Source: an uncultured Verrucomicrobiota bacterium (GTDB taxonomy: Bacteria; Verrucomicrobiota; Kiritimatiellia; RFP12; UBA1067). From it: a DNA stretch of 64,000 bases. The number at the start of each line of letters is the position of its first letter. Position 1 is the first letter of the stretch. Of this stretch, positions 28,911 to 36,943 are shown piece after piece. A program made the translations under genes and the position numbers. The stretch covers positions 3,158 to 67,157 of the forward strand of contig CAMOCC010000004.1 in the NCBI GenBank assembly GCA_946610035.1. Direction: 5' to 3'. The notes below the pieces were generated by a model. It ran no database searches. It was not told the DNA's origin and saw only the letters and a list, made by a program, of their open reading frames with translations.

Positions 28911-29741
28911 ATGATGTCTCTTTTCGAAGGCAGGAAGGTCGGTCTTGCGCTTGGCGTCGGCGGGGCCCGCGGAGCGGCCCACCTCGGCGTGATGCGCGCC
29001 CTCAACCGACATGGAATCAAGATACATTGCGTTGCGGGTTCCAGCAGCGGATCCATCTTCGGCGCCATTGTCGCCGCAGGATGCGTCGACAGGGCCGAGG
29101 AGTATTTCAAGACCCTCTCCCGATGGAAGGCGTGGCGGATGATGTTCGAGCTGAGGCTTCCGCTCGGGGGCGGACTCATCACAGGCAAGCACATCGACAA
29201 GATGCTCCGCGACATCGTCCCGTACACACGCTTCGACGAGCTTAAGATGCCGTTCGCGGCGGTGGTGACCGACCTTTACTCCGGCGACGAGGTCGTCCTG
29301 CGCGACGGCGACCTCCTGAGCGCGGTAAAGGCGAGCTATTCCGTCCCGGGCCTCTTCACCCCGGTGCTGCGCGACGGACGCTGGATTGTGGACGGCGGAC
29401 TCGTGAATGCGATACCGGTGGCGGCGTGCAGGGATATGGGGGCGGACATCGTGATCGGCGTCGACGTGAACCTCGGCAAGAACTTCGCCCGCCACAAGCA
29501 GCAGCCTACGGAGAAGAGCCCCTCGTTCGCACAGGTGTTCGTCCGCGTCTGCAAGATCATAGAGAAGAAGTGGACTCAGAACGTCCTTCTTACGGATCGC
29601 CCGGAGATCCTCATCCAGCCGTCCGTCGGCAACATAATCTCGTCCCGCATCCGCCACATCAACTTCGCCATCCGCGCCGGAGAGGTCGCCGCCGAGCGGG
29701 CCCTGCGCGAATACGCGGGGATTCCGCTCGTCGACGCGTAA
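28911..29741 (+). CDS. Patatin-like phospholipase
   Basis: GVGGARG oxyanion motif, GSSSG serine lipase motif, DGG aspartate motif. Confidence 0.85.
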   Translation: MMSLFEGRKVGLALGVGGARGAAHLGVMRALNRHGIKIHCVAGSSSGSIFGAIVAAGCVDRAEEYFKTLSRWKAWRMMFELRLPLGGGLITGKHIDKMLRDIVPYTRFDELKMPFAAVVTDLYSGDEVVLRDGDLLSAVKASYSVPGLFTPVLRDGRWIVDGGLVNAIPVAACRDMGADIVIGVDVNLGKNFARHKQQPTEKSPSFAQVFVRVCKIIEKKWTQNVLLTDRPEILIQPSVGNIISSRIRHINFAIRAGEVAAERALREYAGIPLVDA

Positions 29742-29751
29742 GCCTCGTCCG

Positions 29752-30405
29752 CTACTTCCGCTTGGATTTGGAGCCGGAGTGTCCGTGCTCGCGCCTCGGC
29801 TCGCTAGAACGCCTCGCGGTGTCGTTCGACCGCCTTGGTTCGCCATGCCGACTCTGGATTGACGCCTTTCTTCCCGGCGTGGGCCTATTGACGGACGGCC
29901 GTGTCGACGGGCGATTGCGGTTCGGCTCCCTGCGCTCAATGTGTCCCTTGCTCGGGGGCTGCGCCGTCGGCTTGTGGTCCGGTTTGGAATGTACCGTCGG
30001 CTTGTGGTCCGGCTTGGGGTGTGCAATCGTTACGGGCTTGGGCGGCGGAGGAGGCATGCGCCGCACCTCTTTCTTTTTGCTGTGACGATGCTTGTCATGG
30101 TGTTTGTCGTGGTGCGAACGCCCCAGCGAGGCTTCAATGTAGATGTCCGGCTCGTCGTAGTACGTCTCGCTGACGTATGTCGGATGGACCGCGGCGTCGT
30201 ACACGGCATCATCGTATAAAACCGGCGATGTTACGACAGGTGTTTCGACAATAGGGGTGGAGACGACAGGGGTGGCGACCGCCGGGGTGTATGTCGCCGG
30301 GGAGTAGACTGAAGTACGGTATGCTCTGCCCATCGGTGAGAAGCATCCGGTCAAGGCCGTTCCTGCGATAGCCGCCGCCAATGCTCTAGTGAAGTTCTTG
30401 TTCAT
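29752..30405 (-). CDS. Hypothetical lipoprotein with basic His/Lys/Pro-rich C-terminal half
   Basis: Lipobox ..ALTGC; KPDHKPT duplicated; only minus-strand gene in this region. Confidence 0.55.
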   Translation of the reverse strand: MNKNFTRALAAAIAGTALTGCFSPMGRAYRTSVYSPATYTPAVATPVVSTPIVETPVVTSPVLYDDAVYDAAVHPTYVSETYYDEPDIYIEASLGRSHHDKHHDKHRHSKKKEVRRMPPPPPKPVTIAHPKPDHKPTVHSKPDHKPTAQPPSKGHIERREPNRNRPSTRPSVNRPTPGRKASIQSRHGEPRRSNDTARRSSEPRREHGHSGSKSKRK

Positions 30406-30567
30406 ATCGCACCTCCGTTCATTGTGTTTCCATCATGTTAGGGAATCGAGCGGAGAGAATCTGACACGCAATGCGTGGATTTGAGGCAGGGCGGGGAAAG
30501 TATTGCCCTGCCTCCCAGATAGCTGCGAGGCAGGAGAAATCTTTCCGCGCCGCTATGCCGGTTTTTT

Positions 30568-30576
30568 TGATATAAT
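30568..30576 (+). promoter_or_regulatory. Extended -10 promoter TGaTATAAT at the left edge of the island
   Basis: Exact TGnTATAAT 24 nt before the remnant ATG 30601; the only promoter-like element seen upstream of the 30763-41821 gene string. Confidence 0.45.
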
Positions 30577-30600
30577 GTCAATGTCTAATTGAGATCTGAG

Positions 30601-30760
30601 ATGTCAAAGATATTCGACAACATTGAGACGAAGTCTGAAGAGGGGCTGCATGCGATCCTGGCGAATGCCGGGGTTGAGCGCGCGGACTTCTGGTCGGGTA
30701 TTTCAACTTGCGCGGATGGAAGCAGGTTGCCGTGACGTATTTGACGAAATGAAGGGTATG
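30601..30760 (+). pseudogene. N-terminal remnant of a PLD-domain/SNF2-type helicase gene (frameshifted, truncated)
   Basis: MSKIFDNIETKSEEGLHAILANAGVERADF then a frame change. The +1 frame reads GYFNLRGWKQVA, which continues the N-terminal signature remembered for this family; similarity is lost after ~30735. Confidence 0.45.
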
Positions 30761-30762
30761 AC

Positions 30763-33700
30763 ATGAGTATTACCGACTATCTGAAGAAGATTCGTGACAA
30801 TGCCTGGAATACGGCGCAGCTCGGACGGGAGTTTGAGAAGTTCGTCAAGAAGTTCCTGTTGACTGAACCATCGTTCAAGTCGCAGTTCTCTGACGTGTGG
30901 CTGTGGAGCGAATGTCCGTTTGCGAATGGCAACGATGTCGGCATTGATCTTGTTGCAAAAAACTTCTTTGGCGAGTATGTGGCGATTCAGGCGAAGTGCT
31001 ATCAGCCGGGCACGCAAGTTGACAAGGCCGATGTCGATACATTCCTCTCGGCGTCGGGTAAGCAGATCGCGCCGGATGGCAAGGCGACCTTTTACTCCAA
31101 TCGCATCATTATCGCAACCAACGACAATTGGACGAGTCATGCGTCCGAGGCGATTGTCGATCAGCAGATCCCTGTCACGCGCATTGGACTCAATCAGATC
31201 CAGAATGCCGCGATAGACTGGGATAAGTTCTTCAAGGGCGAGAAGAAGGTCGTCGTCAAGAAGGAGCTCCGCAAGCATCAGGATGCCGCACTGAAGGATG
31301 TGGTCGAAGGTTTCAAGAAAGCCGACCGAGGGCAGCTCATTATGGCTTGCGGTACGGGCAAGACCTATACCTCGCTCAAGATCGCAGAAAAGCTTTGCCC
31401 AAAGGATGGCAGCGTTCTTTTCCTTGTTCCGTCTATCTCGCTTCTAGGGCAGTCCCTTCGCGAGTGGTGCGAACAGGCGGAGTCGCCTTTGACTGCGTTT
31501 GCCGTCTGCTCGGATGCGAAGGTGACGAAAGACCCGGATGACACCTCGCTCGCCGACCTCGGCTTTCCCGCGACCACATCTGCCGCGCAGCTTGTCGGCT
31601 ATGGCAAGAAGCTCAAGAAGAATCCGCCGAAGGGATTGACTGTCGTATTCTCCACCTACCAGTCAATCTCAGCCGTCCACGAGGCGCAGGAAGCGGGTGC
31701 GTTCGGCAAGTTCGATCTGATCATCTGCGACGAGGCGCACCGCACAACGGGCGCGATCTTCAAGGGACGCGAAGAGTCCGAGTTTGTCCGCGTCCATGAT
31801 GCCAAGTTCATCAAGGGCGTGAAGCGTCTCTACATGACGGCAACGCCGCGCATCTACGGCGAGAACGCCAAGAAGAAAGCAGATGACGAATTCATCGAGC
31901 TTTGCTCCATGGACGATGAGTCCAAGTACGGACGTGAATTCCATCACCTGACGTTTGCGCAGGCAGTCAAGGAGGAGCTGCTGACCGATTACAAGGTGTT
32001 GATCCTTGCCGTGGACGAGAAGGACATGCGCGAACTCCATCTTGCAGATCGCGATGGTGACGGTGAGATAGATTCGGTCGATCAGCTGGCGAAGATCGTT
32101 GGCACGTGGAAGGGGCTCAACAAGCAGATCTACAAGGATGACGAGAAGTTTCTTGGCAACGATTTTTCGCCGATGCGCTCGGCCGTTGCGTTCTCGTCCA
32201 CCATCGCGGACTCCAAGTCTTTCACGGGGCAGTTCAATGCTGTCATTGACGAACACTTTGGCGAGGACGAGAAGTTGCAGCCGGTGGCAATCAATCACGT
32301 TGACGGTGGCATGAACGCACTCTATCGCTCGCGCATGATCGAGTGGTTGCGCGAGGCGAACGAGGAAACGGGATGCCGTATCCTGTCCAATGCCAAGTGC
32401 CTTTCGGAAGGTGTCGATGTCCCCGGGCTGGACGCGGTGATCTTCCTCTCGCCCAAGAACAGCTTTGTCGAGGTCGTTCAGGCCATTGGGCGCGTCATGC
32501 GCAAGGCGCCGGGCAAGCAGCTCGGTTATGTCATCATCCCCGTGTTGATTCCGATGGGGATGGATGCGTCGGAGGCGCTTTCGACCAATAAGCGGTTCAA
32601 GGTCATTTGGGATGTCCTCTCGGCGATTCGTTCGCATGATGAGGCGTTTAACGCGCTTGACAACAAGGTGGACATCATCCGCGTCAAGCCTCCGAAGAAG
32701 CGCAAGCCAAATGTCGGTCCGGGGCCTGGCAATCCTGACGCTGATGATCCCGACGGCGAGGAAGATCCGCCGATTATAATCGACGCCGAACGCTTCAACG
32801 AATACAAGAAGGCGATACAGGCGAAGCTCGTCAAGGCGTGTGGCGAGCACAAGTACTGGAGCGTCTGGGCCGCGGAGATTGCCGATATCGTCCAGACGCA
32901 GATCAAGCGCATCACGGCGCTTTTGAAGGACGAGAAAGGGCCCTACGAAAAGGACTTCTCGAAGTTCCATGCCACGCTGAAATCGAATCTCAACAACACG
33001 GTGACGCGGGATGAGGCGATTGCGATGCTGGCGCAGCAGCTGGTGTCAGCGCCGATTTTCGACGCCCTTTTCTCGGACTACCAGTTCATCCGCAACAACC
33101 CGATTTCCAAATCGCTCGAAAAGTTGCTGGCTCGTCTCAACGAGAACATTGACAAGAAGGATCGCGAGACGCTTGACCGCTTCTACGAGTCGGTGCGCCA
33201 CAAGGCGAGCGACAAGACGACCGCCGCGCAGAAGCAGCAGATCGTCGTACAGCTCTATAACAACTTCTTCAATATCGCGTTCAAGGACACGGTCGAGAAG
33301 CTGGGCATTGTCTATACGCCGGTTCCGGTGGTGGACTTCATCGTGAAGTCGGTGGAGCGCGTCCTCAACAGGCATTTCAAGGCGTCGATTTCGGATAAGG
33401 GCGTCCATATCATCGATCCCTTTACGGGAACAGGTACGTTCATCACGCGCCTCCTGCAGTCGGGCATCATCAAACCGAAGGACTTGCTCTACAAGTACAC
33501 CCACGAGATTCACGCGAACGAAATCGTCCTCCTCGCCTACTACATCGCGGCAATCAACATCGAGTCGGTCTTCCATGACCAGATTGCCGACGGCAAGTTC
33601 CATCCGTTTGACGGCATCGTGTTGACCGATACCTTCCAGCTGGGAGAGAATTCAGATGACTTGCCGGGTATCTTTCCCGAAAACTCCGAACGTGCTGCCA

Positions 33701-34128
33701 AGCAGAAGAAGCTGGACATCCGCGTGGTGATGGGCAACCCGCCGTATAATGTCTCAAAGGGGACAAGTTACCCGAATTTGGAACGACGCATTGCCGAGAC
33801 GTATGCGCAGGGGACTGATGCGGTGAACAAGAATTCACTTTACGATTCCTACATCAAGGCATTCCGCTGGGCGTCTGATCGCATCAAGGATCGTGGAGTG
33901 GTGGCGTTCGTCACGAACGGCGGCTGGCTCGATGCTCAGGCGATGGACGGTTTCCGCAATTCGCTTGTGAAGGAATTCGACCACATCTATGTTTTCAACC
34001 TTCGCGGTAACCAGAGAACACAAGGAGAGGTTTCACGTCGTGAAGGAGGGAAGATATTTGGGTCGGGTTCGCGTACGCCTGTCGCAATTACGATCCTTGT
34101 GAAGACGGGGGGGGGGCGAAATGAATAA
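30763..34128 (+). CDS. Type ISP-like restriction-modification protein, N-terminal part: Mrr-like nuclease + SF2 helicase/translocase + N6-adenine MTase core
   Basis: GIDLVAK..AIQAKCY nuclease-like motif; GTGKT (31351-31365); DEAH (31729-31740); DPFTGTGTF motif I (~33411-33440); NPPY (33736-33747). Confidence 0.85.
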   Translation: MSITDYLKKIRDNAWNTAQLGREFEKFVKKFLLTEPSFKSQFSDVWLWSECPFANGNDVGIDLVAKNFFGEYVAIQAKCYQPGTQVDKADVDTFLSASGKQIAPDGKATFYSNRIIIATNDNWTSHASEAIVDQQIPVTRIGLNQIQNAAIDWDKFFKGEKKVVVKKELRKHQDAALKDVVEGFKKADRGQLIMACGTGKTYTSLKIAEKLCPKDGSVLFLVPSISLLGQSLREWCEQAESPLTAFAVCSDAKVTKDPDDTSLADLGFPATTSAAQLVGYGKKLKKNPPKGLTVVFSTYQSISAVHEAQEAGAFGKFDLIICDEAHRTTGAIFKGREESEFVRVHDAKFIKGVKRLYMTATPRIYGENAKKKADDEFIELCSMDDESKYGREFHHLTFAQAVKEELLTDYKVLILAVDEKDMRELHLADRDGDGEIDSVDQLAKIVGTWKGLNKQIYKDDEKFLGNDFSPMRSAVAFSSTIADSKSFTGQFNAVIDEHFGEDEKLQPVAINHVDGGMNALYRSRMIEWLREANEETGCRILSNAKCLSEGVDVPGLDAVIFLSPKNSFVEVVQAIGRVMRKAPGKQLGYVIIPVLIPMGMDASEALSTNKRFKVIWDVLSAIRSHDEAFNALDNKVDIIRVKPPKKRKPNVGPGPGNPDADDPDGEEDPPIIIDAERFNEYKKAIQAKLVKACGEHKYWSVWAAEIADIVQTQIKRITALLKDEKGPYEKDFSKFHATLKSNLNNTVTRDEAIAMLAQQLVSAPIFDALFSDYQFIRNNPISKSLEKLLARLNENIDKKDRETLDRFYESVRHKASDKTTAAQKQQIVVQLYNNFFNIAFKDTVEKLGIVYTPVPVVDFIVKSVERVLNRHFKASISDKGVHIIDPFTGTGTFITRLLQSGIIKPKDLLYKYTHEIHANEIVLLAYYIAAINIESVFHDQIADGKFHPFDGIVLTDTFQLGENSDDLPGIFPENSERAAKQKKLDIRVVMGNPPYNVSKGTSYPNLERRIAETYAQGTDAVNKNSLYDSYIKAFRWASDRIKDRGVVAFVTNGGWLDAQAMDGFRNSLVKEFDHIYVFNLRGNQRTQGEVSRREGGKIFGSGSRTPVAITILVKTGGGRNE
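34107..34116. repeat. Homopolymeric G10 tract 5 nt upstream of the nested-gene ATG
   Basis: Read directly; encodes GGG at the C-terminus of ORF 30763-34128. Confidence 0.95.
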
Positions 34129-35317
34129 TGATTCAAAACAGCGCAGTGCCGCACTTGGCATTGTCGCCGCCGTCCGCGAAATCAAGGCGGCGATTCTCAG
34201 GACGCGCTACATGGCGGCGCGTCTGGCGAACGCGGAAATGCTCAAACTGTACTTTGGAACAGGTGCGTACGTTTCGGTGAATTCACGTAAAGGAAAGTGG
34301 GGGACCGGGGCAATCGCCGAGATTTCCTCAAGGCTTCAGCAGGAGTTGCCGGGGCTGAAGGGTTTCTCGGAAAGTTCAATCAAAAGGATGCGACGTTTTT
34401 TTGAGGTGTGGTGTCCGGAGGCAATTCGTCAATCGGTGATTGACGAATTGGCGACTGACAGTAGTTTGCCCATGGCAAATCGCCCATCGGCAATGGGCGA
34501 TTTGTCGGGAAACGCCGTCCTTATGGTTGCAGATTCCGAATTTCGCCCATCGACAATGGGCGAAATGTCGGAAGCGGACTTTGCATGCTTTTGCGCTGTA
34601 CCATTCACGCAACACACGGTGTTATTCGAGAAATGCAAGCAGCCAGAAGAGATGTGGTACTACATTCGGCGTGCGGCTACTGAGTTTTGGAGCGTGACCG
34701 CGTTGAAGACGCATATAAGAGCAGGGGACTACAGGCGGCGAGGCAAACTGCCCAACAATTTCGCGCTGACGATTCCCGCGCCGGAACTTGCCGTGAGGGC
34801 GGCAAGGATGTTCTCGGACGAGGTGTTCCTTGAGGGCATCAACGTCGGTGAAGACGAAGGAGACGTCGACGAGAGGCTGCTGGAGCATGAGATCGTAGCA
34901 AACATACGCAAATTCATGATGTCGCTCGGACCGGACTTCTGCTTCATGGGCGAGCAGTTCCGCGTCATAGTGCAGGACGAGGAGCAGTTTATCGATCTTC
35001 TGTTCTACAATCGAGCGCTGAAGTGCCTGATTGCCCTTGAGCTGAAGGGCGGGAAGTTCAAGCCTGCGTACCTTGGACAGCTTAACTTCTATCTGTCCGC
35101 GCTCGATGACAAGGTGAAGAGACCCGACGAGAATGCGTCCATCGGGATTGTCCTGTGTCGCGAGGCGAACAGGGGTTTTGTGGAGATGGCGATCCGCGAC
35201 ATGACGAAGCCAATGGGTGTCGCCGTGTTCCGAAGTGACAAAAGGGTACCCAGGGCCTATCGCCAGCTGGAGCCAATGCTCAAGGGGCTGACAGAGATTA
35301 TGGAGGACCGGTCATGA
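34121..35317 (+). CDS. YhcG/DUF1016-family PD-(D/E)xK nuclease-like protein nested inside the R-M gene
   Basis: ..EEMWYYIRRAATEFWSV..L...I.., C-terminal ..IDLLFYNRALKCLIALELKGGKFKPAYLGQLNFYL.. core typical of DUF1016. Confidence 0.8.
   Translation: MNNDSKQRSAALGIVAAVREIKAAILRTRYMAARLANAEMLKLYFGTGAYVSVNSRKGKWGTGAIAEISSRLQQELPGLKGFSESSIKRMRRFFEVWCPEAIRQSVIDELATDSSLPMANRPSAMGDLSGNAVLMVADSEFRPSTMGEMSEADFACFCAVPFTQHTVLFEKCKQPEEMWYYIRRAATEFWSVTALKTHIRAGDYRRRGKLPNNFALTIPAPELAVRAARMFSDEVFLEGINVGEDEGDVDERLLEHEIVANIRKFMMSLGPDFCFMGEQFRVIVQDEEQFIDLLFYNRALKCLIALELKGGKFKPAYLGQLNFYLSALDDKVKRPDENASIGIVLCREANRGFVEMAIRDMTKPMGVAVFRSDKRVPRAYRQLEPMLKGLTEIMEDRS
34477..34566. repeat. Two 27-bp perfect palindromes (AAATCGCCCAT-CGGCA-ATGGGCGATTT at 34477-34503; ATTTCGCCCAT-CGACA-ATGGGCGAAAT at 34540-34566)
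   Basis: Read directly; outer positions differ between the copies but change in a compensatory way. Confidence 0.9.
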
Positions 35318-36921
35318 GCGCGACAATCCATTATCACGACATCGGCGATTACTTGAGCCGCGAGGAGAAGCTGAAGATCATCGACGACTTCGGCGACATT
35401 TCGGGCATTGAATGGCAGGCGCTTACCCCGGACAAACACGGCGACTGGCTCAACAAGCGCGACAGCGAATTCGACGACTACATCCCGCTCGCGCCGGAAG
35501 AGAAGTTCGACTATCTCTCGAAGAGTTGGTTCACGGTCAATTCATCGGGACTCAAAACTGGAATGGACGACACCGCAACCGGCTATTCGAGACAATGCGT
35601 ACTTGATGCGGTCAAGAAAAAGATTGGCCATTCAGAAAAGCCTAAAACCGTCGAGTATTCCTATCGCCCGTTCAACAAGCAGTGGCTCTACTACGACCGT
35701 GAGACGAACCAACGCCAATACCGCATACCCAATATCTTCCCGCTCGGCGACTCTGCGTCTCTGCGCGAGAAAAAATACCCTAACAAGGTGATATGCGTTA
35801 CAGGCGCTGGCGGTTCTAAAGACTTTTCATGCATCATCACTGACGTGATTCCCGACCTTCATTTCTGCGGCGACGTTCAGGCCTTCCCCTTGTATTGGTA
35901 TGAGGAAATCAAAGCCGATACATCTGTGATGGAACTGCCGGGGCTTGAAAAGCAGAGTGGCTACATCAAGCACGATGCGATCAGCGATTTCATCTTGTTG
36001 GAGTTTCGCAAGATTGCCGGGCCGAGGGTGCAGAAGGAGGACATCTTCAACTATGTCTATGGCGCATTGCACAATCCCGATTACCGCGCCAAATTCGCCG
36101 CGGACTTGAAGAAGCAACTGCCGCGGTTGCCGCTCCCGAAGAATCGCAGGGAATTCGAGAAGATCGAGAAAATCGGACGCGAACTTGCGAACCTTCACTT
36201 GCACTACGAGGAAATCGATCCGTGGCCGCTTGATGAAATTGCCGCGGGCAATATTGATTATCGTGTGGAGAAGATGGCGTGGGCGAAGGACGGCAAGACA
36301 GTCCGCAAGGACATGCTCGTTGTGAATCCGTCGCTCACTCTTACGAGCATCCCGAAGGAAGCGCACGAGTATGTGGTCAATGGCCGTACGCCGCTTGAAT
36401 GGTTGATTGAACGGTATCAGGTTTCCATCCATGCCGAGTCTGGTATCAAGAACGATCCGAACAAGTGGGGAGAGGAACATAATTACCCCGAGTATATCGT
36501 CGAGTTGGTGAAGCGCATTGTCCGGCTGAGTGTCGAGACCGTGCGTTTGGTCTGTGAACTTGGCGACGGCAAGAAGGCTGCCGCGAAAGATACTACACGG
36601 GCACATCCGAGCGCCACGCCGCCGTATTGGTGGAAGTCCGGCAAGTGGGGCGTCGCTTCGCCAATGCCGGAGGGCGGTCATGTCGTCATGGGCCTCAAGC
36701 ACAAATGGTACGACAAGATAGAGGCAGGGCTTAAGCACGAAGAGCAGCGAGAGGTCAAGCCATTCTGGGATGCGAAGCTTGCCGGGCGCAAAGGCAAGGA
36801 GCTCCGCGCCGTGACCTTCATGAAGGGCCAGGCCTCCACGGAGCAAATGACCTGGGAAGTCCTCCGCGTCGATCTCCGCGGCAACTACTACTGCCTCGAA
36901 CTCGGCAAGAGGATTGCGTAA
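35314..36921 (+). CDS. Detached Type ISP/IIG C-terminal specificity (TRD) module fused to an ASCH-like domain
   Basis: YRPFNKQWLYYD, FPLYWY, LHNPDYRAKFAADLKKQLPRLPLP, LHLHYE, EYVVNGRTPLEWL motifs; tail MGLKHKWYDKIEAGLKHEEQRE.. resembles the ASCH/PUA-like fold. Confidence 0.75.
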   Translation: MSATIHYHDIGDYLSREEKLKIIDDFGDISGIEWQALTPDKHGDWLNKRDSEFDDYIPLAPEEKFDYLSKSWFTVNSSGLKTGMDDTATGYSRQCVLDAVKKKIGHSEKPKTVEYSYRPFNKQWLYYDRETNQRQYRIPNIFPLGDSASLREKKYPNKVICVTGAGGSKDFSCIITDVIPDLHFCGDVQAFPLYWYEEIKADTSVMELPGLEKQSGYIKHDAISDFILLEFRKIAGPRVQKEDIFNYVYGALHNPDYRAKFAADLKKQLPRLPLPKNRREFEKIEKIGRELANLHLHYEEIDPWPLDEIAAGNIDYRVEKMAWAKDGKTVRKDMLVVNPSLTLTSIPKEAHEYVVNGRTPLEWLIERYQVSIHAESGIKNDPNKWGEEHNYPEYIVELVKRIVRLSVETVRLVCELGDGKKAAAKDTTRAHPSATPPYWWKSGKWGVASPMPEGGHVVMGLKHKWYDKIEAGLKHEEQREVKPFWDAKLAGRKGKELRAVTFMKGQASTEQMTWEVLRVDLRGNYYCLELGKRIA

Positions 36922-36943
36922 AGTTATCTGAAAGGAGTAAGTC

